Source: Chlamydiota bacterium (GTDB lineage: Bacteria > Auribacterota > JACPWU01). Taken from it: a stretch of DNA of 32,000 nucleotides. Below are positions 1-12,400 of the stretch, in pieces; within the stretch, counting starts at the first letter, position 1; every line of letters begins with the position of its first letter. The notes under the pieces are model-generated. The model was given only the letters and a program-made list of their open reading frames with translations. It ran no database searches and was not told where the DNA came from. The position numbers were made by a program, and so were the translations under genes. The stretch is taken from assembly GCA_016196885.1 (NCBI GenBank), contig JACPWU010000039.1:30001-62000 (forward strand). The letters run 5' to 3'.

Positions 1-1
1 T

Positions 2-400
2 TTGAGAATAGTGGCCGAGATTTCTTCTTTGGCTCGGGAGGGAACAGGGGAACTTCTTCAAGAGGTGCTGGAACTTTATCGGGAGATGATGGGAGATGAA
101 CTGAAGGACTTTAACCAGCTTCTCACACTTTTAAAAACTTTTATTCGCATGGTCAATTTCCATCATGATTTTGAGACGCTGGTCAATGAGGGAAGAATTG
201 GGAAGAGGAATAATGAGACCTATTATGTGAGTTTGAGAGATTTGAGCAAGGTCAAGGAGATGGTTCAAGCGGAGTTTGAAGCGGGTGTTCCTTTGCGGGT
301 TGCGGCGCGACGAGCGATTCAGAGACGCTATTATAACCGCTTTTTAAGGGAGGATCGGTCTTTGATTGAGAAACTCATGCGTCGTCATGGCCTTCTCGAT
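2..400 (+). other. Lid/C-terminal helical part of an additional B-type AAA+ module whose core lies upstream of the window
   Basis: NETYYVSLRDLSKVKEMV...RRAIQRRYYNRF aligns by eye with the post-B1 lid ESYYTSLRDLSRMVRVMV...PKAIHRIYGLRM and with the post-B2 lid GYFISPRDIAKIIDVL. Confidence 0.6.
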
Positions 401-3400
401 GTAGACGAGAAGCTGGATTATGACTATGTCTTTGAAGGGCTTGAGCCAGAATCTCGCAATATCAAGGTTTATGAACAGAAAAAAGGGCGCATGGTTCAAC
501 GAAAGGGGGAAGTCGAAGAAGTTCGCACGGGAGAGAAGGTGCCTCTTTTAAATATTCAGTTGGAGAAAAATTTTGAAGGTCTTCGCCGCGACGAAGTTTT
601 AAATGCCAGCACGCGGCGGGGTTTGGCCCAGCTTCTTTCAGCCCTTGGGGGACCTGCCAAGAAATTTTTTAATCCCGTTTTTCTTTTTGGGATTACCTCC
701 GGGGGAAAAAGCACTTTGGCCCGAATCGCAGCGAAGATGCTGGGTGTAGGATATACCCGCATTCAGATTACGGCCCAGACGGATGAGTTTGAACTGTTTG
801 GAAGTTTCCAGCCTTATGAAATTAACATTTCTCCTCAGGATGCGTACGAACGCATTCAGGATGGACTCGCTCGTGGAGAATTTATCAAATTGGAAGAGGC
901 TTTGAGTCGACTAGAGTTTGGTGAAGAGGGAAAACTTTTTCAAAAACTTTTGGAGGGTCACGAGGACTGGGCCGAAAAGTATCATGGGCTTCAAGGTGAG
1001 GCCAGGTTGAAATATCAAAGAGAAATTTTGGAAATATATCTTAAAACAAAAGTGGGTGATTATTTAAGACGGACCGCGGCCATTCTTTATAAAACACAAG
1101 AGGGGCATGTGGTGAGTGCTGAAGAACTTGCTTTTGTAGAGGTGTTTAAGAGCTTGGCCATGCTCATGGACCAGAAAATGGGGCTGCGTTTTGTGGATGG
1201 ACGTTTTCTCACGGCTTATCGCAAGGGGGATTTAATCTTGCTGGATGAAGCCAATCTTGCCAATGAGGAAATGGTCGGGGTTCTCTATCAGATGCTGACA
1301 CGCGGCTATTTGGAATATCAGGGGAGGCTGATTGAATTGGCTCCTGGCGCCACGCCCCGTGTCGTTGCCACGGGGAATCCCTCAACGGATTCGGGACGCA
1401 ATCGGATGAGCGAGGCCTTTATGAATCGCTTTGAAATTATTCAGGTCGAGGATATGAACCCGGATGAAATGGCGGATCTTATTGTGGATCAATTGGCTGT
1501 AGACGGAGTGAATCTGGAACAGGATTTAGGAATGACGCGTGAGCAATTGATTCAATTTGCTGAGATTCAGCGCTCTCTCAACAATCTTCTCAGAACAGGA
1601 AAATTTTCCAATATGGGACAAGAGGAAAATTATGTTTTTACCCTTCGAAATCTTTTGAGAATTGTGGGGGATGTGAGAGAAAGAAAGGCTGCGGGACATC
1701 CCGTCAATATTGAGACCTGGATTCAGGAGGCCTATCTCGAGTATCAGGGGATTTTGGTGAGGCGTGATTGTTATACACCGGATCCGAGCGGTAACTCAGA
1801 CTATCGGTCTTTGCGCAATGTGTTTAGCGTGGCGCTGGGATATAAAAGAGAGGGGAAAACGCCAGAAGAAACACTGGATACGCTTATTCAGGAACGATTC
1901 GGCAAAATTGAGGGAGCCGATGATGCTGTTCAACATCGCATGGAGCTCGATGGTCTGAGCTTGGAAGCGGGTCATTCCGAGGAGGAGGTTTTGGTGGATG
2001 AATTGATTGAGGTTGAATCCACAAAATTTATTGAGACCTATATTGCGAAAGGGATTCGCCAGAGACAGGCTGTTTTATTTGTGGGCCAGTCTGGAGGTGG
2101 AAAAACGGATGTGATTGCGAATGTGGCTAGAAAAACAAATCGAAAATACGTCAGTGTTTCTTTGGGGGATGCCACTTTAGAAAGTTTGATTGGGACGGTG
2201 GAATATGACCGCAGGGAAAAGCGGTTTAAGTATCGGCCGGGCATTTTGGTGATGGCCATGGAAGAGGGATCTATTTTGGCTCTGGAAGAATTGAATATGG
2301 CCAAATCCGGGATTTTGGAAATTTTGAATGAATATTTTGATGAAGGGACATTCACCAATCCTTTCACTTTAGAAAAAGTGAAAGTTCATCCTGATTTTAG
2401 ACTTTTTGCAACCATGAATCCCATGGAAGGAACCCGCGGGGCCAATGAAGGAAGGACTTTGCTTTCTCCTGCTCTTCGAAGCCGATTTCGAGAAGTTTGG
2501 GTGCCTCATGAGAAGACGGATGATGAGATACGTACAATTTTAAAAGGGAAGTTTGAGCAACTCCTCCCTGTAGAAAAAAGTTCTACCTCCGAGGTGACCA
2601 GACTGCCCGAAAATCCCATTATTCCCCTCCCTCGATGGGAGGGGTTAGGGGAGGGTGAACTCAAATCCACCCCCTCCCTAACCCTCCCCACAAGGGGGAG
2701 AGAACTTTTAGGACAGCCTGTACCTGGAGGTGACGAAGATCCCCTTATCGAAAATATGTTGTCTTTTTATCGCCGCTATCAAGGGGATTTTGAGGAAATT
2801 CGAGATGAAAGCTATTACACCAGCTTGAGGGATTTAAGTCGGATGGTGCGGGTGATGGTGCTTCATGTAAAAGAACATGGAATGACGCTAGAAGAAGCTT
2901 TGCCCAAGGCGATTCATCGGATTTATGGCTTGAGAATGACCACGCCCCAGGCAAAGGAGAAATATCAAAAGATTTTATCCGATTTAAATATTCCACAATA
3001 TCAGCCCGGGCAAATTATTTTTGAAAGAGATGAAAACTTCCTTCATGTTTATGAGGTTTCAACAAAATCTCTTAACTCCCCCAACCCTTTAAATGGAGTA
3101 ACTCCCCAGGCCCCTCTTAACCTAAGAGGGGGTATTGATGGAGTAACTCCCCAGGCCCCTCTTAACCTAAGAGGGGGTATTGATGAAAGAGGGGAGGACG
3201 ACAAAACGCTGATTGCGCAACTTCGCATTGATGATCTCCAGAGTCAAACAGCATCCCAAGTTCGTTCAGAGTTAATCTCTCAGGGGGTTGGAGAAGACGA
3301 ACTCGATTCAAGAGCGTCCGAGGCCTTAGACACTCTCCTCTCATCTTCCCAGCTTGTTCAAGACCCCAAAACGGTAGCTGAACTTTCTCATCTTTTAGAA

Positions 3401-6400
3401 GCCTTTGATGTGGGAGAAGAAAGGCATGCAAAAGGGCGATTTAATCCTGTGCTTTTCATGGGAGGGACCAGTGGAGGAAAAAGCAGCAAGGTTCGATATG
3501 CGGCTTTAAATCTTTTGGGTCAGGGGTATACCCGCATTCAATTTAATGAAAGAACAGATGAAATCGACCTTTTGGGAGGCTATGAGCCTCGCGAGGTCAA
3601 AATGGATTTTGATGAGGCTTATCTTGTCTTGACCGAAGCGATGAAGAATGGTGAATGGATCAAAATTAAAAAAGCGCTTCAGGTTTGGAAAAAAGGTTCT
3701 CTTTCGTCAGCGGACGATAAGGCTTTTGAAGAGGAAGAAGCACGGCTTGGAATTGTCCAAGCCAATCAAGAGGCGATGGTGTTTGTTCAAAAATTGTTGC
3801 AGGATGCCTTTAAGGAAGGATCAAATATGGATCCTGAACTTCGCGAGCAGGCTCACCACAAAATAATTAACATGGCGTTCTTAATTAAAAATGGTGTCCT
3901 CAATGTGGAGTTGGAATTTAAAGAAGGTCGTTTCTTAAAGGCCTTGCGACGAGGGGATGTGGTGCTCTTAGATGAAATGAATTTGGCCAGCGAAGAGATT
4001 GTGGCTATTCTCTATCAGTTTTTGCTCACGGGCTATTTGGAATATTACGACCGCGGGCAAGGGAAGATTGCCAAAATTTTCCCTGGAAAAGGTTTTAAGC
4101 TCGCGGCCACGGCGAATCCAGACACTTACAGCGGGAGAAATCGCCTGAGCGAGGCCTTGATGAACCGTTTTGAGATTCATTACATTGAAGATATGGCTCC
4201 TTCGGAAATGGCTGAGATTGTGAATCGGGAGAATGGATTTGAAGGAGAGCGCCAAACGGCAGTGGAAAAATTGTCACAGTTTCAGTCCCTTTTAAATCAG
4301 AAAATGAGAGAGGGGGAGTTCTCCGGGATTTCTTCAGATCCTCAAGGAGGCTACATCTTCACCCTAAGAAATTTGAAGCGCATTGTCAAGGATGAAAGGA
4401 TGTTAGAGGAAATGGGCGAGACGAGTTCTTTCAGAGAGCTTATTTTGCGTGAGGCCTTTCTAGAGTATTCCAGTGTTTTGGGCAGGTCTCCAGAAAATTT
4501 AGCTAAACTCCAAGCGCTTTTTAAAGATTCAACTGAAGGATTTGGAATAGATGTTGAACTTCCAAATTTTGAATTTTCAAAAAATGCAGACGGCGTTTTA
4601 TCGATAGGCTCGATTAAGCTTGAGGAGGTTCGTGACGAGCCGGTTGAAGAAGATTTGGTGGAGCCCTTGGCCGCGGGTCCCCAGACCAATCGTATTCGTT
4701 ATCAAATAGCCAAGGGCTTTCTCGATCGCCGTCGTCCCATGCTTGTGGTCGGCCAATCGGGAGTTGGAAAAAGCGATGTGATTGGGGATATGGCCCGGGA
4801 GCTCAAGTGGAAATACAGGAGTGTATCCCTGGGAAATACCTCTTTAGAGGCTTTAGTCGGGACCTATACGATTGATCGAAACACAAAAAAACTGGTTTAT
4901 GTTCCTGGTATTTTAATTCAGGCCATGCGGGAAGGTTCTATCCTTGCTCTTGAAGAAATTAACATGGCTAGCCCCGCCCTGATCGAAATTTTAAATGAAT
5001 TTTTTGATGAGGAAACCTTCACCAATCCTATGACGGGAGAAAAGGAAAGCATTCACCCTCGTTTCAGACTTTTTGCGACGATGAATCCGGAACAAGGGTT
5101 AACAGGGCTGAATGGCGGTCGAAATGCCCTCTCGCCCTCCCTCCGAAGCCGTTTTAATGAGGTCTGGTTTCCAGAAAATCGCTCTCCCGAAGAAATGAAG
5201 GCTATCATTCGTCAAAAAATGATCAATCGAGGTGTTTTGGAAAAAATGGATTTTGCGGTTGATGAAATTTATCATGTGTATGATGAATATTTTAAAGCGG
5301 TTCTTTCCCAGAAAATCGGGGAAGATTCCAATGAGGGATATTTCATTTCTCCGAGGGATATTGCCAAAATCATTGACGTCCTGGCCGTAGATTTAAAAAA
5401 TGGTATTGAGCCTGCGAAGGCCCTTCAACATGCCTTTGAGCGCGTTCTCATTTATCGCCTCCATTCTGAAAAGGATCGGGTCTATGTTCAGAGTCAAATT
5501 CTGAAACAGACAAAGAAAGATCCCTACACCTGGGAGGAAAGCGAGACTGGTTCTGTCGTTAAGTGTGAGGGCGTCACATTGGGAACCATTTCTCCTGAAA
5601 TGTTGGGAGATTTTATTTTAACGGATCAATCCAAAACAGCCGTGGCCCGGATTCTGGATGCTTTGAGAACCGTTCCTGAAAATGCAAAGAGGCGGTTTAA
5701 TCCTTTGATGTTAATTGGCGATACATCCGTTGGAAAAAGCACCATGGCTGAGCTTGCAACAAGAATTTCTGCTAAACCCCTCACGCGAATTCAGATGAAT
5801 CAGCGTACGGATGAATCTGATCTTTTTGGCAGTTTCCATCCGGTTGAAGTGACTTTGGATAATACCCAAGCGTATGAAGTCGTGACAGAAGCGCTGCAAA
5901 AAAAGCAAATTCTTCGCATTCGACAGGCCCTCGAATATTTAAAGATTTCTAAAAAACGCATTACCGGTTCTTTGGGTCTTGAAGGGGATGTAAATCTTGA
6001 TGACAGCGTTCTTGAGCGCTATGTGCAGGAAATCCTTTTGAAGGGATTCAAAGAAGGGGATGCACGGTCAAGCCAGATTTTTAGAGATCTTGCTATTCTC
6101 CTGGCCAATGGAGGAACGGGAATCGATCTTGAATTTAAGAAAGGTCTTTTCTTACAGGCTATGAGACGAGGAGAAGCAGTTTTATTAGACGAACTCAATT
6201 TGGCGAGTGAGGATGCCCTGGCGCTCCTCTATCAGCTTTTAACCTTGGGATACATTGAGTTTCAGGGAGAGCGGATTTATCCCGCCGAGGGTTTTCAATT
6301 AATCGTCAGTCTCAATCCCTCTTTGGGATATACGGGCCGCAATCCCCTCAGCGAGGCCTTTATGGACCGTTTTGAGATTCATCATGTTCGGGAAATGAAA

Positions 6401-9400
6401 CCTGAAGAAATGGCCTTTATCATCCATCAAAAATACAAACTCGAGAGTCATGGAATTTCTTACGACGACGTTTTGAAACTGGCTCAAATGCAAACCCAAA
6501 TCGATCATTTGAGCCGAGAAGGCGGGTTTGACTTTTTCAACACGGACCGTTCATATCGTTTTGCCTTGAGAAATCTGGAAAGAATCGCCGAAGATTTTAT
6601 CGCCCGCGTCTCTCTCAAGCTGTCCGAAAACCAAACAATTCCCCTCCCTCGAGGGGAGGGGTTAGGGGAGGGTGAGGTCAAATCCACCCCCTCCCTAACC
6701 CTCCCCGCAAGGGGGAGGGAACTTTTCGGGAAGCCTGATGGGGGAGTTAGAGAAATTTTCCTAGAAGAAGCCTTCACGGAATATGGAACGCTTTTAGACC
6801 AGACGGATCGCAACATCCGAAAATTAGTCGGGCGAAATATTTCAAAAGATCTTTTTCAAGGGTTAGAGGCGGCTGTTATTCCTTCTTTGTGGGCTTTCTT
6901 GATCAAAGGAAAACATATTGATCCGAATGGAAGGCTTTTAGAATTCGAATCTTTGAATAAAGAAGGAGATATTATCATTTCTCCTAAGCCTGGAGAGGAG
7001 ACAAGAGTTCCCAAAAGAGTGATTTATCACCTTCTCAAAAATTCTCTGGGTCTTTTTAATCAATATTTTAATTGGGAGGGGATGGGACAATATGCTGAAA
7101 AGTTTGAACATACACAAGAGATTCTGCGGCTCAATGGTGTGGAGGTTTTGAAAAAACCTTCTGATACAGAAACCTTGGCTAATCTCATCGAGCCTCAAAC
7201 CCAGTTGCGTTCGACCGCTCTGACCCGGACTCAGGTGTTAAAGGGTTTTAGAGACGGGAAAGTGGTTGAGATCGGAGACGCTCAGGGCCAGGTGAAACAC
7301 GCACACCGATCTCGACCCGTTTTGATTGTGGGTCAATCGGGCGGAGGGAAAAGCGATATGGTGGGAGATATTGCAAGAGAGCTTCATTGGAAATACACGA
7401 GTGTGTCCCTGGGGGCGGCAACTGTCGATTCACTTATTGGTTCTTATGAATTAGATGAGGTCACAGGGGTTCTTCGTTTCCGAGAAGGTGTTTTGATTAA
7501 GGCCATGCGGGAAGGTTACTGCATTGTATTAGAAGAAATCAATATGGCAGATGCCGCGGTCATTGAGATTTTGAATGAATATTTTGATCGAGGGACATTT
7601 ACATTGCAGGAGCGAAGGGTGCAGGTAGATATTCATCTTGATTTTAGGCTTTTTGCCTCCATGAATCCAATTCAAGGAAAGATGGCCCAGAATTCAGGAC
7701 GTGTTGGACTCTCTCCCGCCTTGAGGAGCCGATTCCGTGAGGTATGGCTTCGCAGTGAGCGTACACGCGGGGAAGAATATCGCATCATGCTGGGGGGGAT
7801 TAAAAAATTTGTGGGACAGCTTTTGAAAGCGGGCACGCAGGATATTGGAGAGGTTCAGGAAAGTCTGGGGGAGGTGATTGAAAATTTAAGAGAGGGGGTA
7901 GGGACTCAAGGAACTCATCAAATGATGAGAAACAATTCAGGCGTTTTGTCTTCTTCTACAAGTGCGCAGGCCGCGGTCAGCGTTTCAACCATGAAAATGG
8001 CAACCCCTGTGGCTGGGGGTGGGAGTGGAGCTTCTGGAGGAGTAACTCAGACAGAAGATTTGGAAGGTAAGAAAAAAACGTATGTGGAAACCTTTGTTGT
8101 GGTGAGTGAAGGAAATGTCCATTTGGCGGAGTCTACTCCGGATGAGCGAGGTCAAACCCACTGGGCTTATGCTCCGGCGACGAACACGCTTTATTATCCA
8201 CCCGATGAATTGGCCACAACTCCCATCGATGAAATGGTGGGGGTTGGCATCCATGAATCCATGCACCGCTATGGAACGCGTTACTTGAGCATTTTTGAAG
8301 AATTTTTAGAGGAAAATAAACTCGCTGGAATGATTTTTAATATTTTGGAAGATGGTCGAATTGAAAATTGGGCCCGCTTGCGTTTGACAGGAACGGCGTC
8401 TTACTTAAGAAAGCTCAACGACAATAAAATCTTTAATAAGCCTATCGCCGAAATGTTTGCCTGGGAAGTCGAGATTCGGGAAGGCCCTCTGGCCGGTCAA
8501 AAAATCAAACGATCCTATTCATCCATGGTGCAAGACTTTTTTCTTTACCTGGCCAAACGTGGATCCGATTCCGATGCCAAAGAAAAAATCGCTGAAATTC
8601 TCGATATCATGGGCCAAGAATCCCAAGAACTTCGTCAAGATTTGGAAACACTCATGAATAAAGGGGTTTTTGGCGGAGCAAAGGATGAAGACATGCTTCA
8701 GAAAAAAATGAGGGGCGTTTTTTCTCTCGTACCCATCAAGACAGATGGACAGGGGCGTATTTTATTTGATCGGGATCCCACCGAGGAATACAAGGATGAG
8801 TTGGCCGAGGAGCAAGGGGTTATTATTCGAGAAGAGATGATGCCCATCGTTTATAAATGGGCCGTTCAGGATGTTCAGGAAGGCCGAGGGAAAGGTGAAG
8901 GGCAGGGTCAACCAGGAAAAGAAGGAGAGGGTGATGGGACTCCTGGCACAGGCAAAGTCAAACCGGGTAAACCCGGAGGGGGCGGCAAGCCTATTTCGCC
9001 CAAAGACTGGAAAAAAATCTGGGAATCTTTAAATCCTGAGGATAAAAGGGCGTTAGAAAAAGCCCTCAAAGAAGGTTTGGGGGACAAGGCAGCTGACCGG
9101 ACCAAATCAAATTCAAAGGATTTTCAAGAGGCTCAGAAAGACGCCACTTTAAGCGCTCCCATTTCTGAGAGAGATCGTTTGCTTAAACAGGTGGGAAACC
9201 GGATTCATGAGCTCACTGGATACCTTCGCGAGATTATTCTCAATGCGACTCGTCCCAAATGGAAACAACCCGAAAGAAGAGGGAGATTCATTGCCCGTCT
9301 TCTCCTCAATGCCATTCCCCGTGGCGCGGTCGGGAAAATGCTCTTCTTCGCCAAGCGTGAGATTCCGACCAAAAAGAATGTGACTTTTACCCTTGTCATT

Positions 9401-12400
9401 GATGCAAGCGAAAGTATGGACGATATGCAAAGGATGGATTCTGCGGTGGGTTATAACGCCCTGAAAGGCGCTTTTATCATGATGGAAACTTTAGAAAATT
9501 TGGGGATCGATTTTAATGTCAGGTGGATTGGAGATACGACAGGTTTATACAAGCGATTTAAAAATCAACCTAATCCGGAGGGAGAAAATATTCCCAACAG
9601 TTTTTCGACGCGTATGGATCGGGAAAAAATCATTCAATCCATGTACGAGTCCATCGGTCAAAAAGGGGGGACAAATGATGCGCTTGCGATTCAAGAAACG
9701 ATCAAAGATATTGAGCGCTATGGGGCTGAAAATCACTATGTAACCGTATTTACGGATGGTATGGGGACGATTCCTCAGGTTCAGGAAATTCTGCAAAAAG
9801 TTCGTGAAAACAAAGGGCGGATCGGGCGATCCAAAACTGAATTTATTGGGGTTGGACTCGGAAATGCAACCAAAATTGTCCCTGATGTTTATGGAAAAGA
9901 ATATTCCATCCATTTGAAGGATCATGAGCTTAGGGAATTACCGGTTCGAATCAAGCGCCTCATGGAGCGTTTGATCAATCGGATTTATCGAGAGGATACC
10001 ACTCGAAAAGCGCCTAGCCCTCTTTCTGGGACTTCCATGAGCGGGGCCAGTGTGGATGGGATGATTGGGCAAGGAAATGCGATTGTTGAGTTCCTAGAGG
10101 AACTCAACAGTTCAAGGTTCAAAAGTTCAAAAGATCAAAGGTTAGAACAGGAGTTTGCGGATGTATTAGACGGACATGAGGTCTATGTCTTTGACGCTCT
10201 CATCAAGGGGCCGCATGATTTTGTGCTGGGGTATCGGGATAAAGTGAATAAAAGGCTTTATGTTTCACGAGAAGTCCTTCACCGCTTGGAAGGCCGTCCG
10301 AATGTTTTACGGGAATATCTCTTTCACGAAGCCCATTGTGACCCGGATGTCGAGGGAAGCCATTATCAAACCATCGCTGAGCAGCAAAGGCTCTATCCCG
10401 AAAATTACATAGGCATGGGATATTTTAGAAATGAAGAGGGGGTTCTTCTTTATTATGCAAGAAATCCCTATCTCAATGAAATGCTTGGATTTTTATGGGA
10501 AATGATACATCCCCTTGAAAAATGGTTTCCGTTTCTGGCTCGTCTTTCTCCTAAGATTGCGAAAGGGGTGTTGGGAAAAGTTTTACGTTCAGTGATCGAA
10601 GAAGAGTTAAAGAATGAAGCACCCCGAAAATATCCTTATAAATACAGAAGCTTTTCTCAAGCCAAGTCTTCTTATGAGAAGGAGCATGGAAAGATTCCTG
10701 AAATATGTCTGAATAGGATGGAGATGCTGCCTTCTTACAGGAAGAGGATTAAACAATTTGGTTTTGAAGATATGTTGCTTTTGCTACCGAACTCTCCTGC
10801 CCGCATGCCCGAGCTTCTAAGACTACTTGAGTGTTTGGAAAAAGTATTTGGAGAGGATGTCCCTCTTTTCTGGCCAGATTTTATGCGTTTGGTTAGTGGA
10901 TCGAGGGATCGAGAGGGCTTGGACTGGAATCCAGGTCTTTTGGAAGGGCTCTTGGATTCTTTTGATGTGCGTTTACCAAGCTATTATTCTCGACAGGAAA
11001 GAAAGAGATGGTTTCAAGAAGCCGTCGATCTGAACTTACGGGCAGGAGCATACGCCTTCGATTTTTGGGAGAGAGCCATGAGGTTCAATGTACTTGGGCT
11101 TGCACTGGATCAACGACAACTCCAAGAAGTCGGAAATATTGTGTTATCTGCAAATGAGAAGTTAGGATCTATGAGAGACAAAGATTTTTTCTCTATCGTT
11201 GGAAGTTGGGGGGAAGCGTTCAAGAGTATAGATCAATTAAGGGAGGCCGTTCAGAAAATCGTTGCAGTGATGAGTCCCTCATACATTCACGATTCGGAAG
11301 CTGCGGACATTGCCTCTATATCGAGAGAATCCAGTGGTTTTGCTGTTGTCTGGAAACTCTGGAGTCGGGTTCAAGAGAGTGAAAGAGAAGTTTTAATTTC
11401 TATGGTTACCAAGATTTGGAGACTTAATATTCAGACCCCTTCTACTAAAGCAAGAATTCTAGAGCATTTCCAATCCATCGCCGATGAAAGCGGCCCGGAC
11501 GCGATTGTCGGGGATTTGGAGGCGTTGTTGGAACGCCTTAAGAAGCCTGTTGGGGATGATGAAGGGGATGTGTATGAATTAGCGACTCCATTGACAGTTC
11601 TAACTCAAGGAGGTTATTTGCCATCAACTTCTTTTTCTCAGGGAGGCTACATTGCCCAAGGGACAGAAGCCAAGGCAGAGTTTTTAGAGAATTTAGCTGC
11701 GGGGAGATATGAGTTTTGCCGAAGGAAGGATTTTGAGGAGGGTTTTAAAAAGATTTTAGAGGGTTATGAGGTTTATGTCGTTCCTGCAATTATCAAGGGA
11801 CCGGATGATTTTTTCCTGGGAACGAAGGACTTCACTCAAAGGAGAATTTATGTGACAGCAGAAGTTTTGGGAATTTTATGCCAATGGTATCGTGATCCGA
11901 AAGACTGTCGTCGTTTGATCAGCGAATATTTCTGGCATGAGGTTCATGAAGAACCTTCACCTGAGCGGCATGAGAGTCTCATTCAGGAGCAGCAAGTCAA
12001 ATTTAAGCAGAATTACACGGGTAAGGGCTACAAGAAAGGGTCTGGTTACTTGATAGATCCTCAGAAGCAAGGCAAGGTTGCCAAAGGAGAATTGGGAGAC
12101 GCCCTGTGTCATTTGATCACCAAAACCCTTCAAGGGGGGCAAACGCCTAAAGATTTCGTGAAGGATGCCTTTAAAGCCTATCGTGCGATTTATGGGAAGG
12201 AAGTCGATTTGGATCAGTGGGATAATGTTGAGGGTGCGTTGATTCCTAACCTGGATCTTTGGGTGGAAATTTTTGGCGTGAAAAGGCTTTTGGAATATAA
12301 CGCCCTTTTCAACAAAGGTTTCCTTTCCGAAGATTATTTTGAGATGTTAACGGGTCTTTCTTTTTCCTATGCATCGGGGGACCCTTTTAAAATGCTGGAA

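Noticed and set aside
2645-2651. TTAGGGG inside the repeat element resembles the vertebrate telomere unit TTAGGG
   Set aside because: It is a single unit within a G-tract palindrome and there is no tandem array, so it is a coincidence.
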